NCBI GenBank assembly: GCA_040954595.2
Contig: CM082590.2
Span: 5,518,001 to 5,582,000 of the forward strand
Reading direction: 5' to 3'
Length of the DNA: 64,000 nucleotides
Source of the DNA: Balanoglossus misakiensis
Lineage: Eukaryota; Animalia; Hemichordata
Below the pieces are notes generated by a model, which saw only the letters and a list, made by a program, of their open reading frames with translations, ran no database searches and was not told the origin of the DNA. Positions 14,201 to 26,200 of the stretch are shown one piece after another; within the stretch, counting starts at the first letter, position 1; every line of letters starts with the position of its first letter. The translations under genes were made by a program, and so were the position numbers.

Positions 14201-17200
14201 TCAAATGAATAAAAAAACAAACAACAAATAGTCTTCATAAACTCAAACATCTCAAACAATGAAAAAAACTCCTAATAATGAATTGTTAGATTATTAGGTG
14301 ACAGACAGGAGTTGGCAGATGCTGGAGGCCGACAGACAATCGCCCTATCTGATACTCTCCACATCACTGAAAGTGGAGATAGAAAGTCTCAAAGATAGGA
14401 TTGGCATCGACCGTCATGAGTCAACACCTGCCTGTACAACACCTGACCCGATAGAGGGAGTAGTTTTGATTCAAAGGACAATGGCAAATAGATACATTGT
14501 ATCCTAAACAAAATTTACCACAAAAACTACAATGGAAAGAAGACCATTGTGCAAACTCATACTGTTTTAGGAGTGTTTGGTTAAAATAGTGTTCAGGCAT
14601 TTTCAAGACTTTTATAAAATTGTGCATTTCAAATTCAAAGATTATGAAGATTAAACTACTTGAGAAAATGGGACTTCATCAGAACACATGGTGTAGGTCT
14701 AGAGTGTCACGGAATAAAATATAAAAGTGGAAGATTGTACCTTATTTCTGCAGTCAATATCAGCTCCATATTGCAACAATAGTTTCACAACTTTTCCATA
14801 ATCCCCATACCACTCATCGCCCATTGCTGCCATGTGAAGTGCTGTGTTGCCATCCTATCCAAGAAACAAATACAGACAACATCATATAAGAGGTACAACA
14901 AGAAAAGTTCTGCATAAACAGCTCAACCAAACATACAACCAACGTTAACACTGAATTGATAATTAACCTCTAGTTTTTCAATAGTACTTAGGATGCTTAT
15001 ATCATTTTTGAGTTGGATGTCTCCACGTCAATGTAGCTTTAAATGATAGAGTTGAATTCAATGAATGCATTGTGTGTATTTCGTCCACCATGTCAGAATG
15101 TTGAATTTCAGACAACAGATAAATTTCCTCATAACGATGAACAATTTAAAGAAAATATGGGTAGTAGATTGTGCCTTTATTCATCTTGACAGTTTTGAGG
15201 GAAAAACTGATTTGGATCAATTTGTAAAGATCTGCATAACACCAGAAAATTTACATGGATGGGAAATCTTTTTTTAGACAAAAGACTAGTAAGAGATAAC
15301 TTTGATGACCATTAATGTTCAGAAATTCTTTGTTTGAGTGAAATACTGTGTTTTGACTCGCATAGAGCACCTAATTTACTGAACTTGTCTGTGGTCATCC
15401 ATTATTATGAAGCAGTTTCCTTGTGAGGAACTTAATTTCTTGTCAACACCGTTCTGGTGAGTATTTCTGTATGTAATGGAGGAGGAGCATGAGAACAATG
15501 TCATAACATTTGAAATGCTCTGTGAGGTTTCCTAAACAAACAAACAAACAAACAAACAAACAAATATTCCTATACTGATAGAATTAACCTGCAGAAGCCA
15601 GGTTGGTATTTACCTTGTTTTGTATGGTCACATCAGCTTTGTGTTCCAATAACAATCTGAGACCGCCTTCATTGTTATACTCTGCTGCATCATGCAAAGG
15701 GGTGTTTCCATTCTGTAAGTAATGAAGGAGGAGCATGAGAACAACGTCATAACATTTGAAACATACTGTTAGGTTTCCTAAACAAACAAACAAACAAACA
15801 AACAAACAAACAAACAAAAAACAAACAAACAAATAAATGTTTCTATACTGATAGAATTAACCTGCAGAAGCCAGGTTGGTATTTACCTTGTTTTGTATGG
15901 TCACATCAGCTTTGTGTTCCAATAACAATCTGACACCGCCTTCATTGTCAGACCCTGCTGCAGAGTGCAAAGGGCTGTCTCCTCTCTGTAAGTAATGAAG
16001 GAGGAGCATGAGAACAATGTCATGACATTTGAAACATACTGTTAGGTTTCCTAAACAAACAAACAAACAAACAAACAAACAAAAAACAAACAAACAAATA
16101 AATGTTTCTATACTGATAGAATTAACCTGCAGAAGCCAGGTTGGTATTTACCTTGTTTTGTATGGTCACATCAGCTTTGTGTTCCAATAACAATCTGACA
16201 CCGCCTTCATTGTCAGACCCTGCTGCAGAGTGCAAAGGGCTGTCTCCTCTCTGTAAGTAATGAAGGAGGAGCATGAGAACAATGTCATGACATTTGAAAC
16301 ATACTGTTAGGTTTCCTAAACAAACAAACAAACAAACAAACAAACAAACAAACAAACAAAAAACAAACAAACAAATAAATGTTTCTATACTGATAGAATT
16401 AACCTGCAGAAGCCAGGTTGGTATTTACCTTGTTTTGTATGGTCACATCAGCTTTGTGTTCCAATAACAATCTGACACAGCCTTCATTGTGAGACCCTGC
16501 TGCATCATGCAAAGGGATGTTTCCATTCTGTAAGTAATGAAGGAGGAGCATGAGAACAATGTCACAAAATTTGAAATGTAATGCGAGGTTTCTTAATAAA
16601 ACAAACAAACAAATATTAAAATGTAATGTGAAGTGTAAACAAACAAACTAACAATAAATAAACCAACAAATAAATAAAAATTTCAAAGTATCAGCCATAT
16701 TGCAAAAAACAACCAAGAATGGCATACTGACTGATTTGAAAGGATAATCCACAGTCCTTCCACACACAAAATGAAAATTGCCGACTGTTAAAGTGAATAC
16801 AGATTCAAGTATGACAGTGAAGAATCTCAATTGATTCTAACAGCGAGGAAAACACTTTGATTGGTGATATAGATTTGATAATGGATGTTTTAGTCTCCAT
16901 AGCTAAGTTAGGGGTGGACCATTTGATATTCAGGGTGGGAGGGATCTGGAAGATTAAAAAAAAGATTGCCAGCAAAATTACAGCGATGCCTTGAAAACAC
17001 AAAACACAAAAAAATCCATAAAAATTTAATTTCTGGAACATATTTATTCATTCAGGCACAAACTGTGTCAACTTCTTTGGCCAAATTGTAAAGATCGTTA
17101 AATTTAGAGTACAATGTGTCCTACTGTCCTTCCTATGGCTGGATCCCAAGGCTATCATGGTCATTAAAACTAAATCAGTACGGGTAATAATTTTTGGATT

Positions 17201-20200
17201 TTCCCTCTTCTTGTTCAGGGGTTAGCTTGTTTCTTCCCATTGAATTTGGATCATGCAAAGTAATTTTGGATGAAAATAATATTGTGTTGTAATTAGGTCT
17301 TTTTAAAAGGATTTTTTTTAAATTATTCATTTATGTAGCCATGTTATCCATAATGAAGTAACAAGTCAGTTCACGTACCACATCCTTCGCACTGACATCT
17401 GCACCATGGCTAATCAACACCCTGACAGCATCCAATTGACCTTTCCTGGACGCTTCATGCAATGCTGTGAAACCATTCTGGAATGAAGACATTTAAAGTT
17501 GGAATAAAAATGACATCACCAATCTGATACTTGGAATGTGTCAACCGCTCAATCTAATATTCATTTCTTGTTAACAACAAGAAATGAATATTCACACACT
17601 CCTAGCAGCAAGAGAAAGATCAAATTTAACTCTACAAATAAATGTTTCATGATTTCCATCTGACAGTCAATAAAATAATCATCAAAAGTTTCCACTGTGG
17701 TCATGAAGTTGTAAGTACGCATGTAGCCACGTTATCCATAATGAAATATTTCTTGCTGAAAAAAGAAATAGAATCTAATGATCTGTCAGTGAAAAGCTGT
17801 AAGGGGTTGTCAACATATGGGGCTGCTGTCATGGTTGCCAATAGAAGTGGTGTTGCAAGCAAATTGAAGTCTGACAATAATTTGATCATTAGTGTGCATT
17901 GTGTTTGCCAAAGGTTGGCATTGGCTTGTACTGACAGTAATACAAACATAAAGTATGTGAAGGATGTGTCCACAATAATTCGGCAGCTTTGGCAGTTTTT
18001 TGAAAATTCCCCAAAGAGGTTAGCAGCATATCTGAAAATCAAGAAAAGCTTGCAAAAATAAAGTTAACCTCTGACAAGAGTCAGAAAATTGTCATGCACA
18101 GACTTAAAAAAGCTTGCAACATCAGGTGGTTGAGTTTCAATCTAGCTGTAGAGGCAACTCTGAGGGATTTGGAGGCATTGCTCCTTACTCTGAATGACTT
18201 TGAAGATGATGCACTTGCATGTGGCCTGCTAAAGAAAATAAAGTCGGTGAAATTTGTTGGCACATTGTATATATTGCAGTCTGTATTGCCCATTTTGTCA
18301 GAGCTGTCTCTTGTGTTTCAAAGAGATCAAGTTAACTTCTCCCTCATTGCAAGCATGGTTTCAGCAACTAAAGATAAACTGAAACAGATTCTCAGTGATA
18401 ATGTGCCAATAAAGAAGTTTGTGTCTGATAGTGACTCATTCACAAATATATCTTCTGAACTATCTTTCCAGGGCAGCGGCAAGCTTGATCTTGAAAGTCT
18501 GATGAGAAAGTACATTGGTGCTCTCATAGAGAATATAGATAGTAGGTTTGCTGAGTCATCTCCAGTGCTCACTGCACTGTCTGTCTTTGACCCATTGAGT
18601 ATGCCAAGTAAAGAAAATGCAACTTTTAGTTCATATGGGGAAGCACATATCAAAGTACTTGCTGATCACTTTTACCACAATGAGGAAGTTCAGAGGTCGC
18701 GGTAAATTTTTTTTGAGTGCGTTTTTTTGACGCATTCGTCAAAAAAATTGCGTCAAACTCCTTTCAGCCTGCGTCCTAGACATGTCTAGTCCAATATTCA
18801 TTAAACAAAATTAGCTACATTTTGAGTACAAAAGGTTGGGCGCACTAGTGGTTGCTACATTTTGAGTACAAAGTTTGCGCGCACAAGTGATTATTTTGAT
18901 CCCAGGGGGATAGTCAGCGGTATGCGGTATCACACGTATGGTTTCCGTTGACCATTGTGCATATAGAGCGGCCGTTCCTATGCGTCAATATTGACGCACT
19001 GATTTAGATTTCTGCGTCCAAGTGAGGATTTTTGCGTCAAATACGCATACTTTCTGCGTAAACGCGACCTCTGGAAGTTGCTGTAAAAGAAAACAAAACA
19101 CAGAAATTAGTGAATGAGTTTACACAACTTAAATACTACTATGTAGATTACATGAAGGCAAATATGCCTACTGATGTTGAGGAATGTAAAGGCACTGTTA
19201 CACCAACTCAGTGGCTCTTGACTGAGTTCGTGAGATGTGACAGCTTAACCCCATTTTTCCCAGAGATAACTAAAATAGCTGAAGCTGCACTCTGTGTTCC
19301 TGTGAGTAATGCTTAGCCTGAAAGGGGTGCAAGCACTTTGAAGAATGTCAAAACTAGATTGAGAAGTAGACTGTCAAGTGAAATGTTAGAATCTATAATG
19401 CATATCCCCCAGTTGCCAGTGCTGAGGCAGAACAGATAATATCTCGAGCTGTAGAACAGTGGGAACAAGCCAAAAGTAGAAGATACCGCACAAAAGTACA
19501 GGTGCATGTACCATCATCATGTGTAGACAGTGACTCTGATGGGGCTCCAGATGGGGCCATTTATGCTGATGCTTCAGTGCAGGTTGATATTGAGGTTGAG
19601 ACTGAGGAGGAAAGTGTTTCCATACAACATGAAGTTACAGAAGTGTCAAGTGCTTTAGGGTTATCAGAGAACTCAGACCCAGATAGTGATTTTGAATTTG
19701 ATTGAAGACTGTATTGTAACATGATACATAACTAGAGCTGTAATAAAAGGTTAAAACACTCAAATGAGTTTGTGTGTATGTGTTTGTGTGTAGAATGAAT
19801 TGGGGGGGGGGGGGGGGGGGGGTCAAAGGTCAACATGTCCCTAGCCCCCGCATGATTGGCCCCCTACTTTCAACTATGACCCTCTACTTCATATTTAAGT
19901 GAAACCCCTGTGAATTAATGAGTCAGTTCACGTACCCTATCCTTCGCATTGACATCTGCACCATGGCTAATCAACTCTCTCATAGCATCCAATTGACCTT
20001 TCCCGGACACTTCATGCAATGCTGTGGAACCCATCTGGAATGAAGATGTTTAAAGTTGGAATAAAAATGACATCACCAATCAGATACTTGAAATGTGTCA
20101 ACCGCTCAATCTAATATTCATTTCTTGTTAACAACAAGAAATGAATATTCACACACTCCTAGCAGCAAGAGAAAGATCAAATTTAACTGTACAAATAAAT

Positions 20201-23200
20201 GTTTCATGATTTCCATCTGACTGTCAATAAAAGAATCAACCAAAGTTTCCACTGTGGTCATGAAGTTGTAAGTACGCATGTAGCCATGTTATCCATAATG
20301 AAGTAACAAGTCAGTTCACGTACCACATCCTTCGCATGGACATCTGCACCATGGCTAATCAACTCTCTCATAGCATCCAATTGACCTGTCCTGGACGCTG
20401 AATGCAATGCTGTGGAACAATCCTGGAATGAAGACGTTTAAAATTGGAATAAAAATGACATCATTAATCTGATACTTGAAATGTGAGTCAAACTACTTGA
20501 TAACGAATTTCATCACAATGAGCTTCAGTCACTCTATAAAAAATCGCGTCAAGGACATGGTGGTCCCATTTAGGGATTACACAGAAGAAGTCTACACCGG
20601 AGTACATATACAGACAGACGCAAATACACACATAGAGAGATCAACAGGCAAACACTGACTGACCCATAAGCTGCCAATGGTGTCCTGTACATACACCAAA
20701 TAGAACAGCTGGTCTCTTTAATAGTTGGCCAGTTATGTAAACATGCAGGAATTTGCTGTGTATACAAATGACAGTAGGGGTGTCTCTCTTATTTATACAA
20801 AGAACTACTGTAAAACACTTTTTTTCGCGAGTCAAAATTTTCGCGATATGGAGAGAGGCCACTGTTACGCGAGTATAAATTTTCGCGTTTTCACACATTG
20901 TTCTTTCACAAACTATATGTACTCGTGTCTTTATTTTCACGTTTTTTTTTGGCTCTCGCGTATTTAGCGTAAATTTAATGCTCGCAAAAATAAAGTGTTT
21001 TACAGTATGTAGTGGTAATTGCTCTTCATGAGATAAAATATTTTGCGTTATAAGACAATATATCCTACAAAATATAGAAGTTCCAAATTATCTAGGATTT
21101 GACTCCATAATAATTCTAAAGAAGCCAATCCCATTAACTTACAACTCAAATTTTAAAATAATCAACCATACAGTGTACACTTTCTGAGAAATATAATTTT
21201 TTATCAAAATTCGAAAATATGCCCCAAAAATACAAGATATTGTCCCCACAAAAAAATTCACACTTTAATCAAAGGTTTTGTAAATCATCATGAGAACTCA
21301 CCCCGGAAAGTAATGGGGGTAGAGGGTCTGAGAAAGAGTTTTGACCAAAAATGGCAAAAATCACCCCAAAAATATACTATTGAATTCTTCACGTTGATTT
21401 GAAAAACATACATGCAAATCTTACCAAATTCCAATGCAATCTGACAAGCAGTTTTAGACTTGGAGGAAAAAAAATTATCAAAAAAGCCAAAAATTGCTCC
21501 AAAATTATAAAGATGCAAATTTTGCAACAATTTAAACAAAACTATAGTAACTCAGATCACATATATGAAGCTTCATACTAAAATGTCAAAGAAGTCGGCT
21601 GATCAATTCCAGAAAAGTAGATTTTTTACCAAAAATGTGAAAAAAGACAAAAAAATGCATAAAAAATAGAAAATTCACTCTTTTAGCTCAAAACATACAG
21701 AACCGTGTGAGGTTAACAAAAGACTAATTTTCAAATCAATATGACCATTGGTTGTTGAGTTTCTTCAGTTTTGACCAATTTCACGTTTTCCCAGCTAATT
21801 TGCATATTTTGGGCAATGACAACTTCATTTGAACAAACTCCCATCTACAGCTCATAATGCATCAACACACCAAATATGGAGGTTACACGCGGTGGTTTTC
21901 AAGTTTTTGATGTGGACGGACATACAGACATCCATACATACATCCATACAGACGCAACTGATTCCATAAGGTCCCATGGTATATTACATCACCAAATGGG
22001 ATCTAAAAATGGTTTTGATTTAAGATGGTGTGCTATTTCAGTAATAGACAAAGATTGATATGAAACCGAATGATCATAATAATTGTTATTTTTTCTGAGG
22101 TTGAGTGACAATTCTCTATGACCAAAATACATGTGTGTAGCTGAACCACATTAAACACAACAAATATTTTAACACACCATGCAGCGAACCCTCGGTTGTG
22201 ATTCGTCAATACGCCGTCACATGACCTTTGTCATTTCGAACTGTTCCCTAGGGCATCAGTTCGATCGGTTTCTGCCCAGTACTGTTGCCTGGATGTGGTG
22301 TGTGTCGTGTTTGGTGTGTTATAAAACACATGATGACTGACACATTTGGGCAACAGTGTATTTTTGATGACCTCGGGACTGCCAGTCACACCAAAACAGT
22401 CTGTTTTCCCTCGGGCTATGCCCTCGGGAAAACAAGACTGTTTTAGTTGTTACTGGCAGTGCCCTCGGTCATCAAAATACACTATTGCCCTCATTGTCAG
22501 TCATCATGTGTAAAACTGGAATTGCTGATGGGGCCGATCGAGTGCCAGTGGGTCTAATGTGTGTGCGTTTTTAATTCTGTGGTTACAAATGACAAACAGT
22601 GTCTCTGAAATATTTCTAGTCTCATCAAGTGTGAACATGGTATCAGTTTATAGTAGTTTTGTTCAATGTGGTTCAGCTTAGTGCTACAACAGTAACAGCA
22701 TCAGGGGTGCTATAGAAAGCGGTGTTGCGAACTGCAACAACATATTTGCAAACAGGAAAGTGCGTTGGACCTTGAAAAACGCCCTAGTTGAGAATTGATT
22801 CCCACCAAGGAGAAATTGAGTTGACCCCTAAAAATACCTAGAAAACATTGGTTGAGGGCGCATTCAACATGGTGCAAACTGTTTGCAGTGGACATCCCAG
22901 TGTCAGTAAGTGTATTTTTCATGGAAAAATTAACATAAGGAATATTTTGTTTGCATCAAGAATCCATTTTATTTCAACAAAAATCATTATTTTAAGAGGA
23001 TATTTTCATTAAAATTTGTTGCATACCAGAAAGCCAGGCTGTCTATTGTTATTTTGTTGTATGTAATTGAAATACAATTTCAGGCAAATTTATTTAGCTC
23101 TTTGCGTGCACTGCACATGAAAAATAAAATATCAAACGCTAGTCTTGAGCGATGACTCTGAATTAAACATCGGTCAATACAAAACACTTACCACATACTG

Positions 23201-26200
23201 GTAGTAACCCTTTGCATTGACATCATATCCATCAGCTATCAGCGACTGAATCTTTGCAACATCACCCGTCCATGCGGCATCGAAGAGATCCTGTAACATT
23301 CAACAAGAAACACTTCTTTTATCAAAATATTCTCAAAATGCAATCATAAGCAACAGAAATATAAAACAAAGGAAAAAACATTGAAATCATCATTAATGAA
23401 GAATTATGAAAACAAAACATGATCATGTCACTGTCAATAAAATAATGACATCATATTGTGAGTAAACAAAGACAAGACAAAACAGCAAGATCTCCAAAGG
23501 GCAACAGGAAAACAGAAATACAAAACCGGTGGTGGCACTCCCAGGGAAAATGGACATTGCTTCTCCATAAAATTTCAAGACTTGATCCTTTTTCCATGAC
23601 TTTTCAACAATACAGATAGACAAATTGCGAAATATAGAAGATTATTATACACCTACTGCTGTAACCTATGGAGTTCCGTAATACAATAATTCGTGGTATC
23701 ACCATACAATAATTATTAAAATGAGGACGCGGAGTCCAATAACACCAGGGTTATTGGACGCATTTTGATTCACGGGTGTTTAATGTGAACAATGATGATA
23801 TTACACCCTACTCTCACAAAAATTATATATAAAAAGTACACAGTCGTTATTAAACAAAATTATTGGTGACCCAAGATGCGAAATAAGTCAAAATCCTCGA
23901 TGAAATTTCAGTCGAAGGAATCTGTGAACGAACAGGCGAGCGCGTTCATTTCAAGTATCAGAACGAGCTCAGCGCAAGCAGCGTAGAATGTCGCGCGCGA
24001 GACAGGCAGTTCGACACTAGCATCACCTGATGCGCAAGGTGAAGGCGCGTTCGATATGCAAATTACATCATGGCGGTGTCTGAAAACTAGAAAGTCCGAT
24101 AGCGGCCAATTTATTCTTTATCGTTCATGAAGAACGTTCAGAAAAGGTGTATAATAATAAGGTTATTCACAAAATACCGGGACTTATGTGATTGTCCTCG
24201 TACATCGTACGCTTCGGTATTGTCCTCGACGCTGCGCGTCTCGGACAATACCTGCGCTGCATGATGTACTCGGACATAAATCCCGGTATTTTGTGAATAA
24301 CCTTATAAAATCAGACAATAAAAGCCCCCTTGGCGCTTAATTTACAGAAACTGGGACAGATAATGCCATAATACAAATACATTTTAGCAATAACATTGTT
24401 TCTAATACAAAGAACTTGGCTTTAGACACCCATCTGTATTTCAAATCTCGCTTGAACATTGTTGGAAGAAGTATCATTTTTTTTATCATTTTCAAAGACA
24501 GTGATGATAACTGGAAAGCATCCCCTTCTCTGTGATAGTTTTGGGAACATGCATGGATAGCCATTATCCCTGAGTGTATCACCACCACTGGGGTAAAAGT
24601 TCACAATCTTTTGACAATCACATTCATATATTTTCTTTATTTTCTCATTCTGCATACAGAAATATACAGAGCTTCCCTCTGTAGTTTTTCTCTGTAGTAC
24701 CGTAGGTACCATGAGTATGTGAGAAATAACACAATGACTTTGTTGCAGACAAAATTGATGTTCAAGAATGTGGTCATTAAACAATGCAATTTAACAAGAA
24801 TGATATGAATACTTTTCTATCACTGCTACAAAAACCAAGTGATCAAAGGTTAGCATGACATTAAACTGAGTGCGGCTGAAACACCCTTCGCTTACAATCG
24901 ACGTTTGTGTCACCTTGAATGAACTCGCCTACAGGTCAGAAAGGTCATTGTCTTTTGATATGGTAATTGGTATCTATGTGGAGTGAGCCACTGTAGAGAT
25001 GCTAATCAGACTCTGGAATGATTGACTATACAGTAATACAGACATAGATTGAAAACGATTTGGGCTGTATATTGGATACTTAGTAAGCTATTTAGTGTTT
25101 TTTATTCAAAATTATCTCTATGACATTTGGAACAATTAAAAAAAAATTCTGTTTACATTTGCACTTTATATTCTGCATAAATCAAATATGGCCGCCAAAT
25201 GAATGTTTGACAGCTTAATATCATACTCCACCATATACAATAAGGTTCTGGCATAGAAAATATGTTTTAGCACTAGAAAAATACACAAAAGAGAATGAAA
25301 AATGGTTCCAGATTCAAGCATACACTGAAAAAGAAGGTCTAAGTTATAGCTAATGGAGTAAAAAAATAGTAAGGTAACATCTCAGTTTATTTAACAGGTG
25401 TTCGTGTAACCAAGTCGCCACAATACGTTTCAGCTGATTTTTAAGACTTAGATATATGATCTAAATATTATTTTCGGAGATAAAGTACGACCTTCAAGTT
25501 AAATAATAATCTACAAGCGTCATTTAATTGACATTTTAATACTTTAGGAAGTATATCGTTAAACCGATGTCAGGTTTAATGAAGTCATGTGATTATAATT
25601 ATTTGTTGCATTGCTATTACATTTTCATTTTACATATTAATGTAGGGGAGTTTTATATTTGCTTCGTTACGCATTTCTAGTGCTACAACATATATTCTAT
25701 GGTAGAACCTTATTATATATGCTGGAGTATGATAAACTGTCAAACATTCATTTGGCGGCCATATTGGATTTATGCAAAATATAACATGCAAATGTAAACA
25801 AAATATTTTCAAAATTGTTCCAAATGTCAGAGAGATAGTTTTGAATTAAAAACACTAAAATAGCTTACGTAGTACCCGATATGCTGCCCAAATATGGTTT
25901 TGTAGGAATACTGTTCAGCATATTGAATTTATGCAAATTATGAAACATGCCTATGTCAAATATTATTCCAAAATGGTTCTTCATGCAAATGAAATATTTT
26001 TAAACTTTAAAATAATGGAAAATGTCCTGTTTTTTTCTTGATATTTAGCTCCAAAATTTTCAATATTAAATTTATGCAAATTAGACATATTTCCACAAAA
26101 TGGATTCGGGTGCATTTTTGATATGTTGTTCTAGACACCTCTCCAAAATATATTCTGAAGAAAAAAATTATGTTGCAATTTGTATTGGGTTAGGTGCCCA

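Larger units (their letters stand above)
13141..23290 (-). repeat. Array of 11 single-ankyrin-repeat exons (nine 99 nt, two 114 nt, all phase 0-0) in tandem-duplicated exon+intron units
   Basis: Three exon families: A (388-bp unit, xGxTALHxxSxxGQLDA..HGADVxAKD, 3 copies); B (265-277-bp unit with (AAAC)n, xGxxPLHxAAxxxNEG..EHKADVTIQNK, 5 copies); C (114 nt, DGNTALHxAAMG...QYGADIDCxNK, 2 copies). One unique N-terminal repeat at 23192-23290. Confidence 0.92.

Noticed and set aside
12699-14507. Duplicated plus-strand 69-aa ORFs (MTDSSLQMLEADRQ...)
   Set aside because: Intronic passengers of the 1.6-kb duplication, with GTG starts and no homology evident.
17642-19705. Domesticated ZNF862-like host gene
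   Set aside because: It has frameshifts, an in-frame stop, a nested MITE and a missing 5' half, so it is a dead transposon.
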